From: Lama glama
Taxonomy: Eukaryota
Direction: 5' to 3'
Assembly (NCBI GenBank): GCA_028534125.1
Contig: CM052818.1
Span: 6,450,001 to 6,514,000, forward strand
DNA: 64,000 nucleotides
Shown: one piece after another, positions 36,793 through 49,965 of the stretch
Numbering within the stretch: position 1 is the stretch's first letter
How the letters are laid out: the number at the start of each line of letters is the position of its first letter
Notes under the pieces: generated by a model
What the model was told of the DNA's origin: nothing
Databases searched by the model: none
The model's input: only the letters and a program-made list of their open reading frames with translations
Translations under genes and position numbers: made by a program

Positions 36793-36963
36793 GGGGGAGG
36801 GTACAGCTCAGTGGTGGAGTGCATCCCTAGCATGCACAAGGTCCTGGGTTCAATCCCCAGTGCCTCCACTAAATAAATAAATAAACAAACCTAATTACCT
36901 CTTCCCAAAAAGAGAACCAAAAAAAAAAAAACACTAAAAGCTAAATAAAAAAAATTTTTAAAA
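36793..36963 (+). mobile_element. Vic-1-like tRNA-derived camelid SINE with 17-bp TSD
   Basis: ggggagggtacagctcagtggtggagtgcat...ggtcctgggttcaatccccagtgcctcc (pol III A/B boxes), then (taaa)n-cctaattacctc and an A-tail; TSD aaagaaatgacctgata 36775-36791 / aaagaactgacctgata 36964-36980. Confidence 0.92.
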
Positions 36964-37057
36964 AAAGAACTGACCTGATAAGAGTCACATTGCCTCTTCT
37001 ATCCCCACCCCAACCCTGTGCCAGGAAGATGGTGGCCACCCAGCCAAGGTGATTCTT

Positions 37058-37145
37058 CACACACATTTGTCAAAAGTAATCAAATTGTGCACTTGAGATC
37101 GGTGAATTTTATGGTATGTAAACTATACCTCAAAAAAACTGACCA
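37058..37145 (+). mobile_element. Short old L1M 3' terminus
   Basis: acatttgtcaaaagtaatcaaattgtgcacttgagatcggtgaattttatggtatgtaaactatacctcaa. Confidence 0.7.
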
Positions 37146-38981
37146 AAAAATTGAGAAAAAATAAGGAAATAACAAACAAAAAACCCCTTCTCACCCTTTC
37201 TGGCCCTTTCTGAAGCCCTCCTGTCCTGCTTACACACTGTATGAAGTATGGGGCACCCTTTTTGAGTTGTGAGGCTTCTTTCCCAACTGTTACTCCAATT
37301 GCCAATTTTTCTACCTAAAACCACAAATTCTCTGAGAGGACGGAGTTACTGAAAATTGACCTACGCCAATTTGGTTACACGCAACATTGGTTCTTTTTGG
37401 TAGTAACCACTGGAGACACTGGCGGTGGGCGAGGATTCACTGCTTCCCCACACCCTTCCCACCCCGTGGCACTGATGGGAAACCACAAACCAAATTCTGC
37501 CACATATATAAACATCTACTAAAAAATAACTTATTAATAAGCAAACACAAAGCCATGTATAAAGCCTGTTCTATAAGCTCCGTGAGGTGTAAGCTCTCTA
37601 CTCTTTGAAGTGCTTTGACCACCACCTCACAGGAAAGACTTCTCTGAGACTGACAGATCAACAGTCCAGAAACCAGATTCTGTTACCCACACAGGTGACA
37701 AGAAGTAACCAGACATTTTCCTAAACGGATGCTGGATATGGGACCATTTGGGACCAAGTATCTGCTGCCTGCCCTAAGAGCGCAGGCTACCGGCCTTGCT
37801 AGATTCTTCTACCCTGTTTATGCAAGTGGCTTTGAAACACTTCAGCCCATCCACATGCCTCAAACATATTCACCTTCACCAAACTGGGAGCCCACTTCAC
37901 GTCGCAGGCACTAGCTACTACTTTCACCAATAAAATCCCTTTCTGACACTCACGATGCTAATGAGCAAAGCATAAGAAACCAGTAGTGCTGGTGCTTGAA
38001 TTAGCTGCCTGAACCTCCCCACTAGAAGGGAGCCGGCCGCGCCCTGGGCTGTGTGTTCCTGGCTGCAGCGGCCACCCGTGGAGATGGAGCTTAAACCAAA
38101 CAGCACAAACTTCAGTTTCTCTGTCTAGGCTGAACTTTTTGAAAGTAAATTATAGACATCTTTCCAAAAACACATCCTGTCTTCTTTTAAACGCTTCATA
38201 AAAATTTTGACTCCTAATAGATGTTTAGTAACTGTTAATAGTATAAACCAAGCAAATTAAGAATGAAAGGTTTTTTAAGAAGGAAAGAGGGTGGAGGGAG
38301 GAAGGAAGGAAAGAAGACTGGATGAAAGCTTCTGGTCTCCAGATCCTCCTTGTCTTTGAAGGTGTAGACACTCAGCCCTCGGCTGTGCTCAGCTTCCAGC
38401 GCTGCTTTCTGGAAGGCCTGAGGACTGGTGGCTTTTTTAAACAGATCCAAAAATAAGGAAATGATGTAGTCTGTGAAAAGGCTAAGTCACCCTGTGCAAA
38501 TAAACCTGGGAAATTTCTGGAGTGAAAAATAATTCCAAAAGCTAATTGGCAGCCTAAAATTAGTCAGATTAGCCCACAGAAGCAAGGCTCCTCTAGGTCA
38601 CTGAGTTTGCCATTTCAAGGATGCCTCAGCCCCCGACCCATCCCAGTTACCCTTCAAGTCCTTTCTTCAACAAGACCAGTTCTAGTGGTCAAGGAGTTGG
38701 AGGCTCCGGGCGCTGAGCTCAAAGGCAGGAAGACGTGACGGTGTGATGAGACAGGGGGCCGGGCAAACACCGCCCTGCCACCTGCCGCTCTGAGCAGGCC
38801 TAGTTTATCTTTCTATGGCAGCATGGCACAGGCTCCGGAATTCAAATTCTGGACTGCCACACTCTAGGTCTATGGTCTTGGGCAAATTACTTAGTCTCTA
38901 TGAACCTCAGGTTCCTCATGTGTTAAAAACAAAAGCAACAATAAAAAAATAAGCAAGTAGACAAAGCACAGTACCCTCCTA

Positions 38982-39490
38982 TAGTGACCATCCAGCATTT
39001 GTCCTTGCCTGATACCCATCCCCCTGCTTGTAAGAGCACTCATCCGTCTTTTGTGGGACAGCTCCTCACCACTCCTGGCCCGTGTGGTTCCAGTGAATCC
39101 ACCAGCATTGAATAGGCAGGCACAAGACCAAGATCTGGCCAGTCAGCATGTACTATCCCAGCACCACTGCTCAGTTCTGAGTCTATTACCCACTGAGACT
39201 CAGTCCTGGAACTTGTGTTGCAACCATTGAAGCAGTTCTTTTTTCTTCTGAAATTCAAGTGATGATGTGGGTGGGCCTACTGGTGCTGGGTCACCGTGTA
39301 GGGAGCAGCTGCCTGAGAACGAAGCCGGGGCAAGAAGGAAGAACACCAGATCCCGATGGTCTGAGCACGTGGACAGACCTGAGCCAGAATGAAGGCCTCC
39401 CCAGGACGCGTCAGTTGCAGGAGGGAGTAGGTTCCACTTTTAGCCCAAACCAGTTTGAGGTGGGCTCTCTGTCACAGAAAAACCAAAATA
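38982..39490 (+). mobile_element. Old MLT1K-like LTR
   Basis: ctggccagtcagcatg...cctggaacttgtgttgcaaccatt...gctgcctgagaacgaagcc...aaccagtttgaggtgggctctctgtcac. Confidence 0.55.
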
Positions 39491-39725
39491 CTGTGGACTC
39501 TGAATCATAATGCCTGATTTAAAGTGTGGCTCCGTGACTCATGAGCTGTGGGAACTCGGGCAGTTTACTTAATAGCTCTGTGCCTCAGTTTTCTTACTAA
39601 TACGTGGGACAATGACATCAACTTCATAAGGCGACTGCGAGGATTCAGTGAGTGAATATACATAAAGCACTTATAACAGTGCCTGGCACATTGGAAATAT
39701 TATACTGGTGTTAGCTACCTTATAT
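39490..39725 (+). mobile_element. MIR SINE
   Basis: agctgtgggaactcgggcagtttacttaatagctctgtgcctcagttttc...gaggattcagtgag...cataaagcacttataacagtgcctggcaca. Confidence 0.85.
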
Positions 39726-40149
39726 AGTAATAGTAGTAGTAGTAGTAAAAATAATGATAAGTGATTCTGATAATAGTAACGCCATTATTGCTGTTATTTA
39801 ATAATGGCAACTATTACTACTATTACTGTTATTTTATCTCATAGAGTTACACAGTTTTGGGGAACACAGCCAGTGAATCTGAGTAAGACTAAGAATTGTT
39901 CTGATTAATCCTCACAAAGGAAGGAGTCTTAAATTTCATCCAGCCCAACCTGAGGCCCAACTAGTCTTACTGTCTTTTTCGCAAGACTGATTAGGCTGGT
40001 AGAGCAAGGTCATGCCAGAGAAGTATCCAGGCTATATCTGTCATAGACGTATTTAGGATATATCTTAATAAAAGACGAATTTTGTCAAGACCCTGACAAT
40101 GTCTATACGGGTAAGATGAAGAACTCTGGGTCAAGTCAGACAACCATAC

Positions 40150-40600
40150 TTGACTAAGCAAGCCTCCATGGGAAGGTGAGATTTGAGCATGATTTGGAGG
40201 AGTGGTGAGCACTCATCTTGAAAATACCTACAGGAAGGGTTTCCCAGGGACAGGGAACAGCCAGTGCAAAGGTCCTGCCAGGCATTTTGGAGGAAAAGGT
40301 GGACTGCAGTGAGCCAGGTGGATTATTGTGGGAGATGAGCAGCCTAACTTAGCAGCCTAAAATTAGTCAGCGAGGCAAACAGGGCCAGGTCACATGGGAG
40401 CCACGTATGCCGTAGAGAAGACTTCAGTTTTCACTCTGTGTGAGACGGGGACCCAAAGCAGAGTTAAGGGCAAAGGAGTGACATCTGCCTTTCATTTTGA
40501 AAGATCACCCCAGTTCCTGTATTCCTAGTCGACTGTCGGTGAGCTGGCGTAAAAGCACAGAGGCCAGTCAGAAAGCCGGTCTACAGTGATTTGGGGAGAG
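40150..40600 (-). mobile_element. L2 fragment
   Basis: cagggacagggaacagccagtgcaaaggtcctg...gtgggagatgag...agggccaggtcacatgg...gacttcagttttcactctgtgtgagacgggg...cattttgaaagatcacc. Confidence 0.75.
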
Positions 40601-41329
40601 ATCTTGCTCCTCTTAGCACATTGACCTTATCTTCTCAGACCAGCCTCCTCCCGATGAGGAAACTGTGCCTGCTGACAGCGTCAAAGGTCACAGCCTCACG
40701 GTTTACCGCCAGACAGCAAAGGCTTCCTTCCCTTTAATTCTCCTAATTTCCCTAAAAACACCCAAGCAAAGTCCAGAGAAAGGCATCCACCGACGCTACA
40801 CTCCACTGGCCATCCTACCCTGGGCCTGGCACACAGCTGGCACTCACTGAATGCATTTTGGAAAATAAACGAGCGGTACAGAAATATGCGGATCTGCTCC
40901 TTGACTGATTTCGTGGGATGGACTGTAAGGCACCATTTACACCCTCTCGCCTTTTCTACCTTATGACCAGCAGTCGTATATGCAAAGTGACCAGATGAAT
41001 TTCACAGGGGTGGCCAACGGCACCCAGAAAAACTGGAATCCTGGCTCCGTTAACATCTGCTTCTCATGGAGTTAGTTCTTCCTAGACAAGCTGGATCTTA
41101 GGCAGTGGTATGACACCAAAGGAAGCAGGAAGCCACTTTCAAATATTTTACCAACATTTTTATTCAAAATAGTAAGTGTAAAGCCATCAAGCAAAGAAAG
41201 CATAGAAGAGAGCAAGAAGGACATGGAGAAATGTGGAGCATTTAAATCAGACCCTGAAAACTAGCAGCCCAACAATCTGACCTGTCGATGTGTATTGCTT
41301 GACAGTAGTGACTCATTCATTGATTTTAA

Positions 41330-41501
41330 TTTTTTTTTGAGTTTTTTTTTTGTTTTTGGGGGGGTTAGGGGGTGGGAAGTAATTAGGTTTATTTATTTAT
41401 TTATTTGTTTGTTTTATTTTTAATGGTGGTACTGAGGATTAAATCCAGGACCTCATGCATGCTAGGCATACGCTCTACCACTGAGCTATACCCTCCCGCC
41501 C
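41330..41501 (-). mobile_element. Vic-1-like camelid SINE
   Basis: Reverse complement gggagggtatagctcagtggtagagcgtatgcctagcatgcatgaggtcctggatttaatcctcagtaccacc...(taaa)n cctaattac, plus A-rich tail. Confidence 0.92.
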
Positions 41502-41721
41502 TTAATTTTTAAAATCGGTGGCTGATATGTAAAAACTGAAGTATTTCATATAAACTCAGATCTCCAATTTCTCATTAAAATGCTATACTATGTGGCAATG
41601 TTGAGCTGCATTCCCCCAGAGGCCCTGGATTTCCTTTAGCAGGAGTTCCATCACTCCCAACACATGTTGCGCTTCTGAAATTTACAGTATCTCTCTAGCC
41701 CCATTAAAAAAAATTGAACTT

Positions 41722-43089
41722 GCTGCTGGGAAAACTGGATAGCAGAATAAAGTTAGAACACTCTTAAACACCATATACAAAAATAAACTCAAAACGGATT
41801 AAAGACCTAAATGTAAAACCAGATTCTATAAAACTCCTAGAGGAAAACATAGGCAGAACACTCTTTGACATAAATCGCAGCAATATTTTTTGGATCTGTC
41901 TCCTAGAGCAATGGAAATAAAAGCAAAAATAAACAAACGGGACCTAATTAAACTTAAAAGCTTTTGCCCAGTAAAAGAATCCATAAACAAAACGAAAAGA
42001 CAATCTATGGAATGGGAGAAAATATCTGCAAACAATGTGACCAACGAGGGATTAATTTCCAAAATATACAAACAGCTTACTCAGCTCAACATCAAATAAA
42101 AACAACTCAATCAAAAAATGAGCAGAAGATCTAAATAGACATTTCTCCAAAGAAGACATACAGATGGCGAACAGGCACATGAAAAGATGCTCAGTATCGC
42201 TAATTATCAGAGAAATGAAAATCAAAACTACAATGAAGTATCACCTCACACCAGCCCAAATGGCCACCATCAAAAAGTCTACAAATAATAAATGCTATAA
42301 AGGGTGTGGAGAAAGGGAACCCTCCTACACTGTTGGTGGGACAGTAAATTGGTGCACCCACTATGGAAAAAGTTCCTTAAAACCTTAAGGAGTTTCCCTA
42401 AAAAACTAAAAATAGAGTTACCATGTGATCCAGCAATCCTACTCCTGGGCATAAATCCAGAAAAGAAAAAAACTCTATTTCGAAAAGACACATGCACCCC
42501 AATGTTCACAGGAGAACTATTTACAATAGCCAAGGCATGGAAGCAACCTAAATGTCCATCAGCAGATGACTGGATAAAGAAGATGTGGTACACACACACA
42601 CACACACACACATATATACACATACACAAACACCCCCCATATATTTAATGGGATCTTACTCAACCATAAAAAAGAATGAAATAATGCCATCTGCAGCAAT
42701 GTGGAGGCACCTGGAGAGTATCATACTAAGTGAAATAAATCAGAGAAAGACAAATATCACATATCACTTATATGTGGAATCTAAAAAAAATGGCAAAAGG
42801 AACTTATTTACAAAATACAAACAGACTCAAAGACACAGAAAACAAACTTACGGTTACCAAAGGGGAAAGAGGAAGGAGGGCTAAATTGGGAATTTAAGAT
42901 TAACAGATACACTCAACTATATATAAGATAGATGAACAACAAGGACTTATTGCATAGTACAGGGAACTATATCTTGTAACAACCTATAATGGAAAAGAAT
43001 CTGAAAAAGAATATATACATATATATGTATAACTGAATCACTCTGCTATATACCTGAAACATTATAAATCAACTGTATTTCAATTTTTT
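41722..43089 (+). mobile_element. 5'-truncated artiodactyl-type L1 (ORF2 3' part and 3' UTR) with 13-bp TSD
   Basis: Broken ORF2 peptides ([42 protein letters not shown]); 3' UTR agggaactatatcttgtaacaacctataatggaaaagaatctgaaaaagaa; TSD aaaaattgaactt 41709-41721 / aaaaattaaactt 43090-43102; internal (CA)n at ~42590-42612. Confidence 0.93.
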
Positions 43090-43847
43090 AAAAATTAAAC
43101 TTCCAACTTCTAATTTTAAGGGTATTTTCTGAGATACCATACAAAGCGAAGTCCAGAATAGTGTCTAGAATTAACATGGTAAAAGAAATCTCAAACCATA
43201 GAAATGCAAACTTTATGAGTAAAAGCAGAGTCGTCTTAAATTATAGAGCAAGGATGAAACAGGTTAATGTGTTAATTTGGGCACATCTTTCACAAGTGGG
43301 ACCTTCAGCCATGCCAAATCACAGAGATAAATTTAGAATCATTCAAAGCCATTAGAATTATTAGTTCCTACATAATAAAAGCAGGATTAATAAACTCCTG
43401 CGTTTGTAGAAATCAGTTCTCTGGCCTGTGTCTGCTATTTGAAACCACAACTGCAAAATTCCAAGTGTGGATACATCATAACCAGGAACTGGAGGTGGCC
43501 CAAGCTATGAACTAAAAATTAGAAGGGATCACACTAATTTGGTAAACCCAGTACTGAACTGAAACCAAACACTATTTTTTTCTAAACTGTGGACTCACCC
43601 AAAAAGATTTCTATGAAAACCAATAAAATCCTACTAAACGTATGTGAACTACAACTGAACCAATGTTGGTTCACTAAAACAACTGAACCAGAACTTTGGA
43701 ATATCATCAAAACTAAACCAGTATTTTTTTCTGTTTGCATCTCTTCTAATAAGTATCTTTAAAGACTTTCATATTTTTGTTCTGGTTACTGTGCATATCA
43801 AAGTACAGGAAACATATTTCAATCAATTATTAACTCTTTTCAATTCT

Positions 43848-44302
43848 GACAGACACCACTAGCTGCCAACCAAGTACCCATTCCACCCTACTTCTTTAAC
43901 AAAACCCAGATTTGGTCAAGAAGACAATATATCCAAGTTCCTTTTCCTAGCGTCCCTTGGAACCAAGTGTGGCCACATGTCTAAGTTTCAAACTATGAGC
44001 TTTAAGTAGAAGCTGAGGGGAACTTCCAGGAAACTTTCTTGCCATGGACTCATTGTATATTCTTCCATCATGGAATTCAAGTACATGGCTCGAGCCCCAG
44101 GCCTGTAAGACAAACTTTAAGATGGAAGCTATGCTAAGGATAACAAAAGAGAAATCGGGAGATGGAGTTATTGTTGACATCCTAAAGGTCCATCCCAGCT
44201 CCAGATTCCTTTCACACGAGAGCTCAACAAATCTTTTTTGTGTATGAGCCATTGTTTTGAGGATTTTGTTATATATAGCTAAACCTTATCCTAACTTATA
44301 AC
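43848..44302 (+). mobile_element. MLT1J/I-like LTR
   Basis: acaaaacccagattt...tcccttggaaccaagtgtggccacatgtctaagtt...gaacttccaggaaactttctt...gattttgttatatatagctaaaccttatcctaac. Confidence 0.65.
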
Positions 44303-45556
44303 CAAAGTATGCTAACGTTACAGAAAACAAGTCAGTACATCACTTTACTTGACAAATATTCACCGAATACCTTCTCCGCATCAAGCACTGCATTCAGGAC
44401 ACTGATGTATTTCCTGCTCTCACGGAACACAGAAGAAAGAAAACTTGGCTGGCAACTACATCCCAGACCCAGCCCTACTATAAACTAAGTCTTTAAACCT
44501 GGAGAAGCCACTTCACTTCTCTGAGCTCCAGGTCCTGCTTATGTAATACGATGAGGTCTGACCAGATCTTTTCTAAGGTCATTTCCAGCTCTTCCATCAT
44601 ATGATTCAGTTGGTTTCCACAGAAAGCTCATCTTTTCCTCACTCTCCATAGAGCACTGCCCCACCTTAAGTCCCCAGAGGCTAGTAATATGACCCTAATT
44701 GGCCCTCTCCAATTATAGTTGATAAGGCCAAAGCCAGACAATCAGATTCTCCCTTCTGGGAATCTGAAATTGAAATATTGTGCTATTGAGTCAGTTACAT
44801 GGTGCTGGGCACTTGAACTGAAAGGTCATGTGGAATGGGGGTAGAGTGAGCGCCATGGCAAACCACACTCATGTGTGAGCCAATGTCTGGAGAACAGAGA
44901 CACGTGAGGAAGTGGGGAAAGCTGCCTGCATGATGCAGCAAGAACAGACAAAGGAGGAAAATCCAAAGGTACCAAACTGGCAGTCCAACAAGCCTGATAC
45001 CGTCCTTAGTTAGGTTTTCATTTCAACCATTATATTTTTAAAAATTTGGATTGTTTGTCAAGAATTTTAAAAGAAGAAATCTTGCATAAAGTTTTGAATT
45101 TCTAGCCTCTGAATTCATGGAAGATTTGACAGCATTCGACCTTCTTTCCTGCGTGGCCGCAGAGTTGTCTAAACAAGATGAGTTATATCAGTGCCCACCT
45201 CTCCCCGTTATCCAGCACCAGTGCTCTGCGTTCAGTTCCCTTCCCTGCAGGGTCCTTGCAGGTATCTGAGTTTGAGGCCCTGCCCCAGGCAATACAGACA
45301 CACGAGAAAGTGGCAGGCAGGGCCATGATCATCCAATTCCAGTGTCCCCTGTGTAGTCCCAGGTTTGCTTTAATAACGGTCCTGGAATGTTGATTAGATT
45401 CCAGGCCAGCAGTGAGGAAAGCCAAGAAGCCACACAACTGACATCTTAGAACCCCCCAAAGGCTCAGGTATTGACAGAACCAGGTACTTCTGCAACTGGA
45501 AGGTTAATGTAGGACTAACAGGAATACTGATTAAAACCAGATTAAAAGCAGTTGGA

Positions 45557-48500
45557 GGAGACTTCCACTTTGGCCAAGATGGAGCAGCAGGGACCAGTTT
45601 TACTCCCCCAGCAGACACAATTTATATAACAGACAAAATACATGACACTATTGTTCTGAAGACATCGGATATTAGTCAACAAAGTACAGCCATCCCTGGG
45701 AGACAGGAAATAAAGATGAGCTCTATGATTGCCCCAGATTACTGTCCTGAGACAGTTTTTATTTCCATCCCAAATTGGCAGAACACACATTATTCTTTAA
45801 TGCACACAGATCATTTACCAAAATAGTCCCTATTCTGGGCCATAAAACAAGTCTAAATAAATTTACAAGGACTCAAGTCAACAGATATCAATAAGGAAAA
45901 AATATCTCAAAAATTCCAAATGTTTGAAAACTAAGTAACACACTGAACTCATGGGTCAAGGAAGAAATCAAAAGAAAAATTATAAAGTACTTGAACTGAA
46001 GGAAAATAAAACCACAATATATCAAAATTTGTGGATATAACTAAAGCAGAAAGAAAGAAATTTATGGCACTAAATGCTTAAATTAAAGAAAAATTAAAAA
46101 GAAGAAAGTCTCAAATCAATGACCTCAGCTTCCTTCCAATTTAATAAACTAGAAAAAGAAGAACAAATCAAACTCAAAGTAAGGATAAGAAAAGAAATAT
46201 TAATACCAAAAACCTAAGGAAATAATAATAATTCTACACAAACTCTTTCAGAAAAATCAAAGAGGAAAGAAGGAATCCTATGAGGCCAGTATTCTGATAC
46301 CAAACCAAAGGCATCGCATGAAAAAAACACTACACAGCAATATTCCTTATAAACATAGATGCAAATTCCTTTTTTTAATTCAGGTATAATTGACATACAA
46401 TATTATATTAGTTTCAGGTGTGCAACAAAGCGACTGGACATTTGTAGATGCAAATTTCTTAAAACAAAGTTTTAGCAAATTAACATACAAAAAGAATCAT
46501 ATATTATAACCAAGTAAGTTTCATCCCAGGATTACAGGTTGATTTAACATTTGAAAATCCATCAATTTAATTCACTATGTCAACAAATTAAAAAAGAAAA
46601 ACCAGTGACCATCTCAACGGATAACAAAATCTAACTTTCCTGATAGAAACTTTAAAAGGAGTAAGAATAGATGGGAACTTCTGCAACCTGATAAAGAACA
46701 TCTAGGAAAAGCTACAGCCAGCATCATACTTAGTGGTGAAAGACTGATTGCCTTCCCCCTAACATCAGAACAAGGAAAGGATGTCTGCTCACATCACATA
46801 TATTCAACACTGAACTGGAGGTTCTAGCCACTGCAATAGGCAACAAAAAGAAACAAAGCATCCAGGTTGGAAAAGAAGTCAAATTGTCTTTATTCACAGA
46901 TGACGTGATTATCTATGTAGAAAATCCTTTGCAATCTACAAAAAAAAGCTACTAGAATTAATAAATGCATTTACTAAAGCTTCAGTATATTATAGCAATA
47001 TAAAAAATCAAATTATATGACTATATACTAGTAACAAATTATAGGAAATAGAATTTAAAATATAATACCATTTATAATGCTATTTTAAAATATGAAATAC
47101 TCGGTGATAAATCTGAAAAATAAAGACGTGTTAAGTCCTATATAATGAAAACTAAAAAACACTGGAAAGAACTGAAGAATGCTTTAAAAAATAGAGAGAT
47201 GTACTGTTTTCTTAGGTTGGAATACTCAGTGATACTAAGATGTAAATTTTCCCCAGTTTGATCTACAGATGCAATACAATCCCAGTCAAAATCCCAGTGG
47301 GCTTTTTACATTATACATACATTATATTGTTAATTTTCACAATGACAAGGTGATTCTATAATTCTTTTGGAAATGAAAAAGAGCTAAATAGGCCAATTCA
47401 ACTTTGAAAAAGAAGAATAAATGCAGAGGACTTACACTCCCCAACTTCAAGACTTAGTATAAAGCTACAGTAATCAAGACAGTGTGGTACTGGATTCAAG
47501 ATAAAGTAGAACAATGGAATAGAATGGAGAATATAGAAATAAGGGGAAAGCATAATCTTTTTGACAAATGGTGCTCAAACAGTTGGATATCCATACATAA
47601 AACCCAGAACTTCGATCCATACCTCACATCATATTAAAAAGAAAAATCAACTCAAAATGGATCACAGACCTAAATCTAAAATCTAAAAGTATAAAACTTC
47701 TAGCAGAAAACAAGAGAAAGTCTTTGTGACCTTAGATTAAGCAAAGATTTCTTAACTACAACACCAGAAGAACAATGAATAAAAGAAAAAAAATCGATAA
47801 ATTGGATTTCATCAAAATTAAGAATATTAACTCTTTGAAAAATATTGTTAAGAGAACAAAAAGACAAGCTACAAACTGGGGGGGGAGATATATATATATG
47901 CAAGTCACATATTTGATAAAGGATTCACAAGTAAACTATGCAAAGAAATCTTAAAACTCAGTAAGAAAACAAAACAAAAATTTTTAAATGGGCAAGATCT
48001 TGGAATAGACAATTCACCAAAGAGGATGTACAAATGGCAAATAAGCATATGCAAAGATGCTCAGCACCAGTAGCCATTCAGAAATGCAAATGAAAACCAC
48101 AGTGAGATACCACTACATGGTTACTAGAATGTCTAACATTTAAATGACCAAATGATCAAACCATGTGTTGACAGGGATGCTGAGCAACTGGAATTTTCTC
48201 ATCCATTGCTGGTGGGAATGCAACTGATAGAACCACTTTAGGAAACAGTTGGGCAGTTTCACTAAAAGTTAAATATACACGTATCGTATGGCCCAGCCAC
48301 TTCACTCCTAAATGTTAACCCAAGAAAAATGAAAAACTAGGTCCACTCAACAACTTGCACATAAATGTTCCTAACAGCTTTATCTGTAATAACCAAAACC
48401 TGGAAACAATTCAACTGTCCACCAACAAGTAAATAAATTGTGACCTATTAACACAATGAGATACCACTTAGCAATCAAAAGAAATGAGCTACTGATACAC

Positions 48501-48810
48501 TCAACATGGATGCATCTCAAAATAAACATAGAGTGGAAAAAGCCAGAACACCTCCTCTCAAAAGCACACACAATATATGACTACGTTTATTTAAAATTTT
48601 AGAAAAGGCAAACTGATCTCTAATGACAGAGAGCAAATCGGTGGTTGCCTAGGGGTCGAGAGGAAACTGGGGTGCAGTTAATACGTTCATTGTCTTGACC
48701 GCGGTGATGACTTCATAGGTGTGTACATTCACATACGCTTATCAAATTGTACACTGTAAACAAGTGCTATTATTTTATGTCAATTATACCTAAATAAAGC
48801 TGTCTGAAAT
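45557..48810 (+). mobile_element. Ancient L1 (L1MC/MD-like) retaining its 5' end, internally deleted ORF2 and 3' end
   Basis: 5' end acttccactttggccaagatggagcagcagggacc; ORF2 relics (ctgggccataaaacaagtct, ggatgtctgctcacatcac, aaagctacagtaatcaagacagtgtggtactgg); 3' end gtcaattatacctaaataaagctg. Confidence 0.9.
46372..46444 (-). mobile_element. 73-nt L1 3' terminus nested antisense in the older L1, 16-bp TSD
   Basis: Reverse complement gtcgctttgttgcacacctgaaactaatataatattgtatgtcaattatacctgaattaaaaa; TSD tagatgcaaattcctt 46356-46371 / tagatgcaaatttctt 46445-46460. Confidence 0.85.
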
Positions 48811-49465
48811 ATATATAAAAGTTTGATCCTTAGGTTCCTTCCCCAATTCTGTACAACTGGGCAACGGCTCTCCCGTAATCCTGCTATTCGCCAGGTCAGT
48901 CTTCAGAGGAAGTCAACAGAGAGTCGGTGGAATGGAGGACAGGGGCACAGCTGATGGCAAGGTAATCGTGTCTAAAGCATGAAAGTCCACAGACTGAAAT
49001 ACTGAGACTCACAGCCCTCTAGTCCCGCCTTAACTCCTGGAACCCTGGCACCCAGGTCTGTCTGTCTCTTCTAGGTGGAAGACTGGAAAGCTCTTCTCTG
49101 GGCAATTCTATTGGCCCAAGAAGAAAGACTTAAACTTTCTGACACTGGGGATTCCCTAAAGAAATAGCACGTTAGATAACCCCACGGTGAAGCCCCAAAT
49201 CAACAAGTCCCACTCATGAGATCAGAGCTTCTCACTGGCTTTATAATATCCCACTCTTTAACCGGAGCAGACAACTAAAATTAGGATTTAACTATTCTGA
49301 GAACATAAAGGGACAGAAAAGGTGCTTAAACAGGGGGCTGGGGAGCATTACTGGAAAGAGAGAGAAATGACCATGCCCTTTAGGGAGAAGTCATTCGAAA
49401 GTGCCATAAACTTAAATTGCCCAAGAAGTAGCAATTTAAGCCCATTATTAGGATATGCAAAGATA

Positions 49466-49965
49466 NNNNNNNNNNNNNNNNNNNNNNNNNNNNNNNNNNN
49501 NNNNNNNNNNNNNNNNNNNNNNNNNNNNNNNNNNNNNNNNNNNNNNNNNNNNNNNNNNNNNNNNNNNNNNNNNNNNNNNNNNNNNNNNNNNNNNNNNNNN
49601 NNNNNNNNNNNNNNNNNNNNNNNNNNNNNNNNNNNNNNNNNNNNNNNNNNNNNNNNNNNNNNNNNNNNNNNNNNNNNNNNNNNNNNNNNNNNNNNNNNNN
49701 NNNNNNNNNNNNNNNNNNNNNNNNNNNNNNNNNNNNNNNNNNNNNNNNNNNNNNNNNNNNNNNNNNNNNNNNNNNNNNNNNNNNNNNNNNNNNNNNNNNN
49801 NNNNNNNNNNNNNNNNNNNNNNNNNNNNNNNNNNNNNNNNNNNNNNNNNNNNNNNNNNNNNNNNNNNNNNNNNNNNNNNNNNNNNNNNNNNNNNNNNNNN
49901 NNNNNNNNNNNNNNNNNNNNNNNNNNNNNNNNNNNNNNNNNNNNNNNNNNNNNNNNNNNNNNNNN
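49466..49965. other. Assembly gap, exactly 500 N
   Basis: Counted N run. Confidence 0.97.

Noticed and set aside
36793..36870. tRNA-like sequence with A and B boxes (also at ~41425-41500 and ~58730-58804)
   Set aside because: SINE heads: followed by SINE tail, poly-A and TSD, and diverged from a proper cloverleaf
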